A stretch of 64,000 nt of DNA, taken from contig CM060733.1 of NCBI GenBank assembly GCA_030704615.1, positions 35,526,001-35,590,000 on the forward strand, in the 5' to 3' direction. Shown piece by piece: positions 46,061 through 60,407 of the stretch. The stretch comes from Takakia lepidozioides (taxonomy: Eukaryota; Plantae; Bryophyta). The notes below the pieces were generated by a model, which ran no database searches, had not been told where the DNA came from, and saw nothing but the letters and a program-made list of their open reading frames with translations. Within the stretch, counting starts at the first letter, position 1. Each line of letters begins with the position of its first letter. The translations under genes were made by a program, and so were the position numbers.

Positions 46061-47339
46061 TGTCTAGTGAAGTGATTTGTAATATATGAAGACAGGTGAT
46101 GTGGTGGCTTGCCTCCATCATATGGGCCCACGTGTCCACCCCTTTGCCCTCTCCTTTCCTGCATTTCCACTTGGCCCTTCACTACCGTACGTCATGCCAT
46201 CCAATGGTGCACGTTTTTAAAATTTGGATTATAATTTTATTGTATTACTATCACACACTCCAAGTATTTACAGTGTAATCGGTCACAAGGTCCACATGCC
46301 TGCTCTTAACCCTTAATGGACGCTAAAAAAGGGTGCATACCCTTATGGACGAGGGTGTAACTTCTTACCCCCAATCATCCATGTGGATGAACCTTATACT
46401 TATGTGCATATCTACTAGATCCATGTCCTGTCAAAAATATACGCAAATTGACCGTTGCATTCGGGAAATTATAACAAACTAATATGCCCCAATTTATAAA
46501 TATATTCAAAAATTGCATGGAAAAAATTGTTTGACCACAAAATAGAAGTATCGAGTTGAATCGTGACCATACATATGGCGTCCACCCATGCCTGCAGATA
46601 CCTTAGTGGCCTGCTCAGGCCTTCACCCCTCCAGAGGTTATTTTTTCCTCTTGTATCGCTAATCCCGTTCTTAAAAAAAAACAAAAAACAAAAGTGGCCA
46701 AATTGGTAGCTCGTTGGTGGATCTATTGTGGGGAGTGATTTTGACATGTTACTGCCAATGTGGTTGACAGGAAAGTATCAAAAAATAGATAACTACTAGG
46801 CGTTTAGGGGTTAGTAGTTAGTATAGTTGTGTTGTCAACCATCCAGCCTGCCCGCCCGTGCAGGTTGTGGGACCCAGACAGGGAAATTTAGCAGGCTGAG
46901 GAAGGCCAGGCCGCAAGGCGTAGAGAGGTGGGGGAAAAGCTTGCCGGGCTCCAAGAGCAGTAGGCAGCACTGGAGGGGGACGTTTTTGAACTGTCGAAAA
47001 TGGAGACTGAGCGTGGGGCCTACCCGTGTCACGGTGACCGCGCGGACGTGAGGCGCCACACTTGGGGCCGTGGCAGCGGGTAGCGGCGGGCCGGCCGGGG
47101 CGCGTTCAACTCGTGGCCTTTTCTGTGAGTAGCGATGATTATCGCTTTAACGGTGTCCGCAGAGAGTTTGCTGGGAGGAGCAACTCCTGATTCCTGATAC
47201 GGAGAGTGTGTCAGTGCTGCAGCCTGCTATACTTCAAACTTGAAATACTCAATCATTTGATTTGCTGTAGAATGTCTTGGGGTGGCCTGCCGCCCACCAC
47301 CTCATTAAAGATACAAGTTGCTCTATCTGGAGGATCTCC

Positions 47340-47627
47340 ATTTGTTTTTTCACAAAATCGCCACAAGCGCCACATGTAGATTCTACCCAGCGCCAATGTG
47401 GCGAGAACAACGAGGTGGCTATATAGCAGGTCTCACATTCTAACAGGTCCACGTAGGAAAAATCTGGCTCCTAACATTAACGAGGTGGCAGGGTTAGAAA
47501 AGTGACTATATAACAGGTGTCAAATTATAACAAGTCCAGGTACGAAAAATCTGCCTCCATTGGCGCTTTTTAGCGATTTTTTTTCTTCTTCCATAATTCC
47601 CTTAAAAAAGTAGCTGGCCCATTTTCC
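47340..47627 (+). repeat. Dispersed non-coding repeat, copy 2 (with an internal duplication)
   Basis: Homologous to 43070-43286; the AACGAGGTGGC..GTCCA segment is present twice. Confidence 0.75.
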
Positions 47628-50600
47628 AGGTCAAAATCTGGCTATCATTTGCCAGATTTAGAAACATTAACTGGGGAAGGACAGAATTTTCTTGAGTTAG
47701 AAAACTTATAACTACCTCCATGCAAGTAGTTTCCTTCACTAAGGTATTTGCAAAAACAAGTTAGACTGTCTCAATGGGGATAGTCATAATCAAACAACCA
47801 CTTACTAGTGCTGATACAGGCCAATGACCGGATCAGGTCGTCTGCAATTGGTGGAAATTGTCTTTGCAGACCAGTGTTGCGCGGACATTTTATTTCGCCT
47901 TAGACCCCTGGAGGGTCCCAACTCGGATATATATATATATATGTGGATATGCTGGTGGTCAAAACATTAAATATCCGCCTCCGTTAGGAACAGCCAGATA
48001 TGAAGCGATGGGATAACCAGATCCGGTTGAGAACCGGGTTGCCTTTTTTTGGTATTTGTTAGTGGCCCAAAAGATGCAGGTTATGAGATCCGACATTTAG
48101 AACCAGAGGGTATAATCCGGTTAATAGTTTATTATCATAATCCAGATAACAACCTATAATAACCTTTACTATATTTTTAATACATTATATTTCTAAATTT
48201 GGGATATTTTTTATTTAATTAAAATATACTTGTACTTGTTTGATAACCGGATACTGAAGCGTCGCAGGCCATCGACATTTAAACTCCATTTGTCCATAAC
48301 CGCATAGGCTTTATTTGTTGTCAACCGGCAGGACATTAGAAACAAAAAAGCTCCAAAACTCCTGAACCCGAGGATGTGAACACAAAGTTGAAGTTAAACA
48401 TCCAGCGTAACCGGCTGATATCTGAAAAATCAAGTAATCATGCAACACTGGACCAGACACACGAGACTCGCTAGTAGTTCAGGAGCATAGCTCTGGATTT
48501 GGGATGAACCAATCTTGTCCAACGTAGGGTTGGACGCCAACCTACCTTCTGCATCCAACGCAAATACAAAAAACAGGAAACCACGGTTGGACTCCCAGAT
48601 TATAAAGTTTGATCTTGGGCCAATGGTGAAATCAACATAGACTGTCTCTCTCAAATGTTGAAATAAACCGTGCAAATGTTTTCCAAACAGCGTGGGAAAT
48701 TGGGCATGGATTCCCTAACCTTGTGAACAATATTGCTCGCTCTTCTTCTTTGCCATCCAATAGCCATGACCAACTATGGCAAGAGTGCCAAATTTGCATA
48801 CCATCCAGCTATAAACTTTTCTAAACCAGAAATAGCAAAAACAGAGAATTTTGGTTAAACCCCACTTCATCTCTCTAACCAAATAGAGCCAGTGGCCACA
48901 TTTGGGGAACACACCAAATTTGTGATTGAAGTGCAACAGAACAAATGTGTAAGTCCTAAAAAGTTGGTCAAAGTTGTGTGTATTGTTTGCAAGGGCATAT
49001 AAATTTGCCGATTCTTAGAGATACAAAAACGGGAAGGCTTATAAGGAAAGTGAATACAAGGTGAGTGCAAGACCCAAGTGGGAGCAGTGTTTTTTTTTTT
49101 TGGCAAAAACTCGCCAAATGGCGACCTCAAAACATTAAAATGGAATATTCTGTCGCAAATTCCCTGTTTTTTCATGGATGAAATCGCCAAACTTCCACAA
49201 GGAAAAAAAAAAGATGGATGAATTCGCCAAATGTGGATGATATAAATGAATGAAAGTACATATGAGGATGATTCTATCCAAATTTTCAATGGATGAACAG
49301 AATATATAGCTATTTCTTGTAGCCACTCGTGCTATTTTTCAAATTTAAGAAAAAAATCACTGAGTGGGAGTTGAACCCATCAGCATGCCTAGCAACATGC
49401 AAAATCATGAGGGTGATCAATCTGTCAAATGGGACAGCTACATACATTCGGCATATATGAATATGAGGGTACATCTCATACAAGTCCAGCTTTGAGGATA
49501 TCACCACAAACCTCTTTGTTTTTGCACTGACGTCTTTATCTATGAAGCCTTATAATCCAATGCATGCACTTGAAGATCTTGTGTTGGAGTAAGTACTACT
49601 GATCCTCTAACACTACATCTTCAGGCCCATTTGAATTTAGGCCACCCCAAACTGCTTAGCTAGTCATGTTTATTACTTCCATGCTACTGTATTTTCGATT
49701 AACAAAATCTCCCTGCTCACCTCGCATACGCCAAAGCCTCGTCAATCCTTGGGGCCTGGGATCCTTTCTGCAGCAGAGATATAAAATCACAACAACCAGA
49801 CAGCACGCAGCATGGAATGGAATAGAAGTCAGACACACACACACACCCTCTGTCGAATCACAGGGCTCAAACAACCATTTGTCTCCCTGCCTAAAGAGAC
49901 TCATTTCTAGTGGGCATGGAGACCTAACTACAGCAGGTTCCCAATGAAGTTGGCGCCTATATCAATGAGCCCCAGTGTATCAATATCCAGTTTAAACCGA
50001 GCTCAGTACAGCTATTCACATCCCCTTGAATAAAAGACAAATAATTTCGAATAGAGTTTCCACAGTGCAGAATTATATTATATAAGTCTCACAAGCATTT
50101 GAGCTAGACATCTGACATATCCCCCAAGAGGAGTGCCCAGTGCTGGGAAGCTGCAAAATAAGTTAATGAATTCACAGGCCAAATAGAACCACACAAGTTG
50201 CCAACAACAGGACTTGTGAGTCCCTTTAACTGTAATCATCTTGAAAAGAGATTTTGTCAAATACGGAGAGTGAAGCCAACATACCCTACCCCACCTAACT
50301 TGCCAGAGAAACTATACTGCATGCTGGTTGTGAGACCCATAATGTTCGACTCTTCTTTAATCACCAAGTTGTTGAGGAATGGCCGTTATGGTACATCAAG
50401 AATACAATGTCCCAACAAGGAGCTGCAACATAAGGGCTTCATTGTTAGCTGCTAAGAATTATCCCCAGATGGATGGCCCTCCATACGGAAATGTCCTTCA
50501 ACACAATCTGCGCATGTGTAGCCCAATGGTTAGGCTACTTGAGGTGGGTCTGATTCCATGCCCTTGCTGACCACATCAGAGGTTCACATGAGTCCAGCCT

Positions 50601-50719
50601 GCAACAGCAAATCGTGAAACCCTAGCTTTTCAGTTTGTTGGCTTCAAAAGCCAAATGCTTCCACCATACTGTCAAACAATTAGAGAATGTCTACCTCCAA
50701 ATGGAAGTATGTGTCCTCA

Positions 50720-53700
50720 TCATTCACAATTGTTACATGTACTGGATGGCCCAAATCCAAAGCAATCCTCCAACTTGTGGTCGACAATCTCCTGTGCTTG
50801 CCAACATCGTTTCAGCAAGTCATCCAGATGATGCATGCTCTCATTTGACGTCCACGAGGGCAAATCACCCATACTACTACCTGTTCTGTGTGCATGGATG
50901 GGGCTCAGCTCCCCAAACCCACCTTGTGGGGTTTTACCATCTTGACAAGCAGTGGCCCCAGGGTCTTTCAACGCACCACTGAACTGAGTGTCAGCAAAAC
51001 ACATATCTGAGCTTGCCCGCCGTTTCATCCAATCCACAGTCGAGCTCAAATTAGCCACCATTTTCTCGAGTTTTATTTCTTCAACTGTGACTGGCAGCTC
51101 AAATCTTTGACACAATTGGTCAAATTCCTCTCTGCTCTTCCATGGTGCAAAACTTTTGAAACTAGTCCCTTGCAATGCCCCGTTTGTAAGTGAATGGTTT
51201 GCATGGTCCAAAAAAGGGGTTCCAGGAAAGGATGAGGGTTTTTGTTGCTTTCTAGAGGAGGTTGGCACAGAATCTTCCAGCAATCCATCCACCGAGAAAG
51301 ACCAAGAATGGCTTGGCATGTTGTTCCTCACTTCCACACCTTCCTTGCCACTCGTGATATCCTTTTCCTTCATACCTACTGAGATAATCTTCTCCGCGTG
51401 ATCTTGGAGCCCAACTTGTTTACAGTTGCTATGTTGGGCATTGGTCCCCACTTCCTGCCCCTCAAACATATCCTCAAACATTAACTTCACCTGGTGTGGA
51501 ACACCAAACAGGCTGCCTGCCACAATCTCATTACAAAACGGAATGCCTTGCTCAATCTCGTCCAACTCAAACTGCTGCTCTAGCTCCTCATCCGCGATTA
51601 ACACATACACAATCGGAGGAGGCTCGCTGTTGAGAAGTAGCAACCGGGCTTGATAGATCGCCTGGAAGATAACAGCCCAATGAGGGACAAGCACACGACC
51701 TGATTCTGTCCACTCCAGCATGCATGCTCTCTGTACCATGAGTTGTGCTTGCCGAATAGTGGCTGCACTGTCCTGTCTTGTTCCATCAAGTAGGGCCAAA
51801 TACTGCTGCAATGCCCGCTCAACCACCCCCTATATACAAAGTCGACAGTGATGGATGTGTTAGAGGAGAGAAAATCTATCAAGGATTAATCCAGACAAGC
51901 CCTGACACAGGCCTTCAGTGACCACTCTTTAGCTACAGATACTTCGATCTAGAGGCGGAATCTAACTAGATCTGCACACACCCAGGCTAGCACCTCTGCT
52001 TTCATGAGAGACACTGTAAGAACAGGATTTGGGAGCAGCCAAGGGAACAAAAAACCTGCTGTCCTAGACTTGGAACTTGCCTTCTGGTGCCGCACGTTCT
52101 CCCAGCTGCTTGTTGGTGAACCCTGCCTCAGCTGCTCCAAGGCAGGAAATGGAGGTAACTCGGCTAAGCGTATAGCAGTGAACATGGGATCCAAATTCAC
52201 TGACTCGTTCCACCCTAGCTGTGGCAAGCCTTCATGGAGCAACTGATACACATCGGACTCCACTTCTGGCGGAGGCCAATGGGGAGGTGCACTATCAACT
52301 GCCCTCTGCATTGCATCTGCAGTTGACTTCAATGCACGGTTGAAGACAGCCACACATCTCTCAGGAGTCACTTTGGAAGGAGCACTTGCCAACAGAAGCT
52401 TAGAATGCCCATTAAGCTTGTCCAAAACTAGAGTGCGGACGTGCATGGAGCATAAGTTGGGTTGCAACGGTGAGTTGCTAGCTAACCAAACAAGGCCCTG
52501 TTTTAGAAAATCATCACTGTAGAGGCTCGCTTGGGAATTTGACGTCACAGGTGACACACACCAACACCTGATCTTGCTACCATCCAAGTCCTGTAGACCT
52601 AAAGATGTTTCCAAATCCTTTCCTTCTTTCCCAATTTGGTCTGCCTGTTGTGTGGAAAACAATAGCAGAGGCACACCCGGGCCAGCTGGCAGGGATTGCA
52701 CGATTGCATGAAGTCGGACCCTTTCTTCACTGATTGGTTGGCCCTCCTGGATCAGAAACACAAGCCCACTGACTCCATAGCCAGAGATGTCTTCACTGGC
52801 AGTCTTGCTGACATTCTCCCACCTCTCAGCATTGATATCCAGATCCTTGGCCAGGAACCAGAGGCCTTGGGCATGGCCTTTCTCAATTCCCGCAGGGAGA
52901 AGAAGATGGCTGCCTGCAAGCTTGGCATGTAGCCACTGACCAGCCAGGTTGGATGCCTTCGGGTCACCAACTGACAACAGTAGCTTAAAGGTTATCATTT
53001 TTGACATCACGTTCCTTTCTGCAAGTGTTGGGGCCACTAGGGAGGCAACGTCTATTGGTGCCCACATTTCCTGAAGCTTCTTTGCACGCTCCTTCACAAC
53101 TTGATCAAATGCAGTAGTTGTATGTTCAGAACCTGCTCTCAAAACCTGCCAGCAGAATCAGGAGGCAAATTTCAAAGATTTTCTTCCCGCCAATTTGTTC
53201 AATATTATTCTCAGGCCTAAGAGGAGGATGTCATGAGATGTTCAGTGGATGGCAGTAGGATCAAGGTTCTCCATCCGAGAAAATTGTTCTGCAAAATCAT
53301 GGATGAGTTTGAGAGTCCAACAACAAGCAACTTCTGGAGAGGTAAAATGGTGTATAGCAGAAGTTATTAATGGCTCACCACATCTTTGCTAAGAGGGGGG
53401 CCAGCTGACAGAGAGCTCAATGCTGCCTCTGCCCTCTTCCGCCGTCGTCGCTTGTCCTCTGCCCTGATTAAAGCTTTGCGTTTCCATCGCCTGCAACAAC
53501 AGTAACACATATCACCACTTACTTACCAAACAATCTGGGATAGAAAGAAGAAATTGTGGGTGGTCCCAAAAACTTGATCAAGACAAGCAATCGATCCACC
53601 AACCACTCTTCCCTTCACTCTTTACAAACTTTTACCCTTTTGCTAAATGTTTCCCACTGGTTAAAGGTCCACATTGAATCCTATCAAATTGAACCATAAA

Positions 53701-56700
53701 GTCAATTTGCTCCAAGCAGCATGGTAAAGATGCTGGAAGCACACTGGAAGCACCTTGCAATTAACGGTGTGAAGATGTGAAGGTGCAAACTGCACTTTAG
53801 ACAGGCTTACTAGGCCACCAGAGGTGCCTTGCCATGAACAACTTGGAAGGACTAAAGTCAGCGTCTAGTTCTCAGGAAACAGAATAGGCAGGAACCCTGA
53901 GGCCAAGGAATGGAAAGTCAGGTGGAAGGTTGTCACACCTTGTCAGGGTGACAATCTGCTGTTCCTCAATTCATTGGAACAAACACTGTGACGTGTCATT
54001 CCTTGAGGTTTGGGGGCAGCCACCTCAACAGCATCAGCCTCTCCCAGGCCAGGAATGGGCTTGGCCATCCATTGCCTGACACCCAACCTGAAAAGCTTGA
54101 CTGGGCTTGAACTTGCAGGCCCAGTAAGGCTCCATGGAATTGCAGGGCCCAACCACCTCTCTGACGCCTGGTGAACTATCCAATTGAACAGGGAGGACAC
54201 CCTCTAAAGGAACCCCACTTTCATGCTGTTATTGCCTGGCCTCACCTACAATGAGGGATTGTGACACAACCCAGCTATTACTTGCACTGGCCTCCCCATG
54301 TGCCTCCATCAATGCACTAGGAAATGAACGACGACATCCGTCACTACAGCCGGATACAGCATAAGGCATCTGCAGAGACACCTAATCAATTGCTCCTGCC
54401 ATAAAACCGATCCCCAGATCAGAGATCTGGGGCAAAGATCATGACACATATGTACAAAACAGAAATAAAACCTCCTGTCAGATGGTTGTGTGGATAGATT
54501 CCCCTCTTAGTGATATAGTTTGATTTTAAGAAAATCGTTTAGCATGAACTGGCCGCAAAAAAAAGTCAATCAGTTGATCATGTCACAAGTACAGACATAG
54601 ATTTGACAAAGACCTTAGCCATTGTCGTCTTTTGCCAGCATTCGCCTCTGCTTTGTGGAAGGCCAGAGTCTGTTTCTCCAGTTCCAGTCTCTTGGCTTCC
54701 GCAGCTGCAGCTTGCTTCGCAGCCCAGAGTGCTGCGGCAGCTTCGGCTTCCTCTCTCTGGCGTCGCCTTCTCTCTCTCTCCCTCTCCTTCTCCCGTTCAG
54801 TCTCCTTCTCGACCTCCCATTCTAATGCCCTCTTAGCCCGCACCTCCTCCATCGTTGGGCTGACCTCTGGCAAGTCATCCTCTTCTTCTTCCACCTCAGC
54901 ACCTAACTTGGCTACAAGTTTTCTGTCACCTTCTGTGATAGGGACTTCTTTCGAGATGTGCCCTGGAAAAGAGTCATGCATCCACCTTGGTTTTTCAGGG
55001 GAAATTACCCCCAAATAGCCTTGATGTGCTGTGTGCCATGGGGGGTTATTTCCTGTGGAAGAATGCCCTGATGAAAAAACCTCTTGCATCCCCTTCAATG
55101 GAGCAGAGGCTGCTGTCGAAACCTGCACTTCTTCATTTGACTGCATGCGCCAAGGCAACCCAGGCATCCCACTTCCTGGAGTGTTACCCCAATTATTCTT
55201 CACAGCTGGTTCCACAGGGGATTGCATCTCTTCTTCCTCATAGTCTGGCATTTCCTCTTCATGAACAATGGGAGTCAGGGGAGCAGACACCCAGCTGTCT
55301 GCTGTGGCCTGCTGCTGCCCTTGGCCTTCAACATCCAACACCACCTTGAGTGAGTGTTTGCCTTCCACCAGCCGAGAACGACGCGTGCGGAAGTCTGCAT
55401 TTCGGTTGAGGAATGGTCCTTCCTTCACAGCGTAAAGTTTCTCAAAGTGCTTTAGAGAGAAACCATGGTACTTCACAAAAGCCTCGATGTCCTCCCCCTA
55501 GGAGTCAAACAGACGAGCAACCACCCAACTTCAGACCAAAAGACACAAGACAACTCAGAGGTGTGCTCAAAGAGGCATGCATTGTCTGTTTAATTCAGCC
55601 TACATGAATGATCAAAAGGTGGAGGAACATGGGAGAATGAAGGGAAAAGGGAGATCAAGATTTGAAACATCCGCTGACAAAATATTCTGCACGTTCTCTA
55701 ACAGGGGCTTATGTCCCATACCTCCATCGCCAGCCATGTCACAACCAGCATAAGGGGGACGCCTTGATTCTTTTGCAGGCCACTATGGAGCGATGCCAAT
55801 GCTTCCGTTCGAAGCTAAACATCACAGCACATGGCAATAATGAATCGCACTGAATGGCTATGTTCATGACAGTTGCATTTGATGCCACCCTTACTTAGCT
55901 AAGATCAAAGCAGATCATATGACAGGACCAAAGCATGAAGTATATTGAATCAAAGCCAACCTAAGAAAATTACAGTTAGGCCAATGCACAGAAAAAGCAG
56001 TCCCCAAAGATTCCTGGTCATACTTAACATTGTTCACAATGGCAAAGAGCTTGGCTGATCTATGGGCTGGATGCATTGGGTAACTCTCGAACAGTGACAT
56101 TGAACCAGATTGCAAATTCCACAGCAAAATCGCTAAAACAAGTACCTTGGAAAAGTGTGCATGCATGAGGCATGCTTGAAGGTAAGTGGCCTTCCTGGCA
56201 AGGCGAAAGAAAGCTATATAATTGCCTCCTCGGCACGCCCTAAAACACGAGTTGGACACACCCGCCAAAAGTGAACATGCCCCCCAGTCAAATCTCCAAC
56301 TTTGAATTGTGCAAGCCCAGTAAGGAAAAGCCTGCTGCAAGCCTTCTGCTCCATCTTCAAGGCTTCTAGTTAAGCCTATGCCAATTTGCAGACAGTGACC
56401 ATACTAGCTGGAGTACAATATTCTATCATCCCAGAAGCACCTCGCCTTGCCCTTCATCTGAACTCCCAATGATTGTCCAAGGTGCAGTGTTTGGGGATGT
56501 CAAACACTGGCATAGTCAAGTGAATTTTGATTAAATCTAAGTGCTTTCCTTCCTGCAAGATTTGGTCATAACCGCCCATGGGCTTGAGCAAGTGCCACAC
56601 TTTTGATAGCTTCTCACAAATTGGAATACCAGCTGCTGCAACCACATGGAGTGCTCAATAGATCACCAAAGTCCACCCAAAAGTGCGTGCAGATCAGCAG

Positions 56701-59700
56701 CACATGTCAATGCCACAGAACTGCACTTTGCAGCGCTACCAAAAACATAAATCTAGACCTGTGTGCATCAAGTTGAAGGTCCTTATTGTTGGTAAAATTG
56801 CTGAAGTGAGTGAATTGACTTCAGAAGCAAAAGCCAGGTTTGATACTTCCAGAAATACCTTCACCCAGGCAACCCCCATAAAACCTACATATGTATGTGA
56901 TCCAGTTGGATGGTTGGATAGCTATATTTAAATCAACAGTCTACAGTTTACATCTCTGATTTGATCATGAACTCTGCTGATTGAGTATCTATCTTGAGAG
57001 CCGAGGATTGTTCTAACATGAGTAAAAGTTGATGATAAGAGTAACCTACCTTGCAACTTCTCGAGCAAACAGAACTTGTGCGGTGTTCCTCATTTCTGGT
57101 GTCATTTTTGCCAGATCCAAAGACAGCTCTGCCGGCTCCACCTATATCAATTGCATGCCTCCAACACTAGTTAATACTTGGGAGGTGGGGGACCCAGTTG
57201 CTGATTATCTAACTACAACACACCGAGATCACCTTGAGAGGTGCCACAAGCAAGCCAGGTGTCAAGGAGAAAGAGTAGAGGTAGTCCCCCTTATAGATCG
57301 AGGGCAATCAGCTCCACAACATAGCCTCTTCTGTGGAACTGAACATACGTTTATGTGTTATCAACAGGATTTCCCAAAGCTAACCTCCTGTACAATGAGT
57401 AACTATCAAAAGACTTTTAACCCATATTTTCAAATCAGCAACGACACATCTGTCTATTTACAAATACTCTTCTTCCATTCTCATGTACTTTGATCACTGA
57501 ACACTTTGCTTTTCCACTCACCACGTATCCAGGGTGCTTGTCCAGTTTTAAAAGGGCATAATACCCCCTGAACTCTGCCTCTGTTGAAACCGGCATGCCT
57601 CTCTTTCGATGGTCATCATACATCTCAAACAGGTCAACTGATGCTTTGTTCATCTGCTCGATGTTCAAATGCGCATCAAAGCCTTCATTCAGGCCCTCTC
57701 CTTTGGAGAACTCACAGAGTTCGTGCATGGCAAGGATGTGGAACCGTATCTGGAAAGATTTTAAAAATCCCACCACAAGTCTACAGAGATCAGTGTTTTG
57801 GAAACTCCAACATGAACAACTACAACTACTGGTAGAGAGAATTGCCACTTACCGATGATACACAAAATCTAGAAATACATGAGTAATAACCCATGAGAGC
57901 AGAGAAAAGTAGAATTGCCAGAGGTGACTCACCATCTGCTCATGCATGGTAATGGCCTCACGGTTGAAGATGTGCTGCATCCGCAAATCCATGCGCACCG
58001 CCCTCATTCGGTCCCACAAGAAGTTGTGGATTGTAAGTAGTCCTTCACCATACTCTCGATCAATTAAAGTCAACAAATGGTCAACACTCAACTGCAAGAC
58101 AGGGAGGGGCCGAATCAATGCAGCCTCTCTTGATGCAGTCCTTGTATACTGCAAAGAACAACAACGGATGCAGCTCTGTAAGTCACTCAGAATTCAAACT
58201 CTAAAGACTCTGCAAATTTCTGCCTATTATTCCCAGGATGGGGCCTCTGTGATTCAGCACAGATGTACTGCCGATTGCCTCCTACAACACTATATACTGA
58301 CTTGAATGTGGTCATAGTGCAGTGGAATCTTGATCTGATCCCTTATTATTGACCAATCAAGCCCAAAGGGCATGGGGGACACAAGAAGAGAGAAAGAGGA
58401 AATCCTAGCAACAAAACCCCAAATCAGATAACTCCCAAGAAAGTGTATTGAAACAGTGTGATACCTTCTTAACAGCCAAGTCAATACGGGTTAAGTTGCG
58501 GTCACCATCCACTCTCTCAAACCTATCCAAATCACCCTTCCTCTCCCGTTCTTGGCGCTCCGACTCTGGAATGACACAAAACTCAGTAATCAGAATCAGC
58601 TTCAAGATCATTTAGTTGTAGGCTGGCTTCCCAAGACTAGCAAATGTTGCATTGTCCAAGCTATTTCCTTCTGATTAGATGATAAGTTCCAGACATAGTG
58701 TTCAAAATGTGCTCTTTATCTCCTTCCCCTCTCGTCTCCTCCTTTGTGCTTTGGCGAAACAGAGAGCAGGGCCTGTGTCTACAGCAGGAACAATGGCATC
58801 AGTGGACCAACAAGGCGTACCTGCTGGGACCCCCTCCCCCTTCTTTATCTCTCTTCAGTGTCCTTCCTTCATCCCACAGACCCTGGAATTTTATATCACG
58901 GGAAGAACAGTAATGCATCAACAGCATACAACAGAAGACTATGTGGCTGGGTGTGCAAATGACGTTGAGATCCACCAGTAAAGAGCGGTGCACCTGCCTG
59001 GAAACATCCTGCCTTCAGAAGTAGCCAAAGGAAAGGGTAAGTTAGGATCCTGACCTGGACACATGTCATTGCAGGTTCCAACAATGGCCTCCACGTCAAG
59101 GCAATCATCAGCAACAGTCTCAGCCACCTCCATTTCCACCACCTCATCTGGAACATTGTCTATTGGCTTTGCTTGAAGCCTCCTTAAAGGAGGCTCCGGT
59201 CTTGGCAGCCTAGATGCTTCAAATCTGGATTGCCTTGCCGTGTCAGCTTTTGGTAGTCCTAGTTCCTGCCGGTCATCACCTCTGCGCTCTCCTTTAAATC
59301 GTTCCAGACGACGGGCTTTAGCTTGCTCTTCTCTGCATCAGAATCATTATGGCAATGCCACTCAATCATGCATTAACAGGTTTGATGGAAAGTTCAGGGA
59401 ATTTATCTTTCCAAAGAGAGTACGATTATTCAGCTACAGCCACAAATCAGACTGTCCCTTTCTGTGCAGTTCTTCCATACAGCTACTCTGTATGTATGAT
59501 GGATTTTCAATCTTGTATTGGCCAATCTCCCAATGTTAGTTTACTCTGACCGGAATTGAATGGAGACCTAGGTTTCACTGCACATTTTACACTACACCTG
59601 TAAAGACCATCTTTGAAGCACTGCTTGTAGTATGCAACTTTCAATGACTTAAAGTTGTCTGTTGTACACGCTCCTTAGGCTGGTACCCCTGCCCTGTAGT

Positions 59701-60163
59701 CTGAACAAAATTCTTCCAATTATGCATCAAACGAGCCCAAACCAGGAGGTAGGCCATCTGCTGTCTTGCATTTAACCTGTGGCACGTACTTGACTACCTA
59801 CCTCTTCATCTGGCTCGCTTTTGCGTGGTTCTTGACCTCTTCCACTGATTCCAACAGTTTACACTATTCCCATCGACCCTCACCCCAGTATGCGTTTTAA
59901 TGTACTAACCTTTGCAGGTCAGAACCTTGCGATGATGATGCCTTCGAAACCTGCTTGTGCACAGCTTGGTGCAACGGAGGAGCCAACTTACGAGGACGCG
60001 AGGGACTGGACTTTTTGTTTACTCCTATTCGTGCAGTGTTTCCAGCGCCAGCTATGGCTGCCGCAGCAGCCCGCCCAAACAAAATGCCCTGCGGAGGCGG
60101 CACAATGGGGCCGGCCGCTGCCCCTCCCACAGGGAAAGGAGCAGGCCGGCCAGGCGCATCCAT
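50720..60163 (-). CDS. SAC3B: SAC3/GANP family protein B (TREX-2 mRNA export scaffold), multi-exon
   Basis: Exons encode IVGTCNDMCP/ESERQERERKGDLDRFERVDGDRN..LAVKK/YTRTASREAALIRPLPVL..NFLWDRMRAVRMDLRMQHIFN..EQM/IRFHILAMHELCE..FDAHLNIEQMNK..EAEFRGYYALLKLDKHPGY, GNYIAFFRLARKATYLQACLMHAHFSK and YAVKEGPF. Likely ATG at 60163; the stop at 50720 is less certain. Confidence 0.92.
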
Positions 60164-60407
60164 AACGCTCACAATCTCTCTATTTCCTGCCAAGATTACT
60201 CTGCTGTTGCTCCGACTCTTCAATCCACGACGAGAGATCTGAGAACAAAGAGACGATAGAGTCTAGGGTTAGGGTTTAGACCTCCACTATATTTAATCCA
60301 ATTAAATATGTTATATAGAGTATGAGAATATCCGCGTATGCGAAACCCTAATTAATGGTTCAGAGTTCCGAGGCTTAAGAGAAAGAGAAGCTTTTCAACT
60401 TTTGGCT
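60164..60407. promoter_or_regulatory. Compact bidirectional promoter with telo-boxes
   Basis: 244 bp between divergent ATGs. AAACCCTA on the minus strand at 60270-60277 and on the plus strand at 60343-60350, with AT-rich TATA-like sequence between them. Confidence 0.65.

Noticed and set aside
60264-60277. Interstitial telomere
   Set aside because: Only two units, in a promoter position; interpreted as a telo-box.
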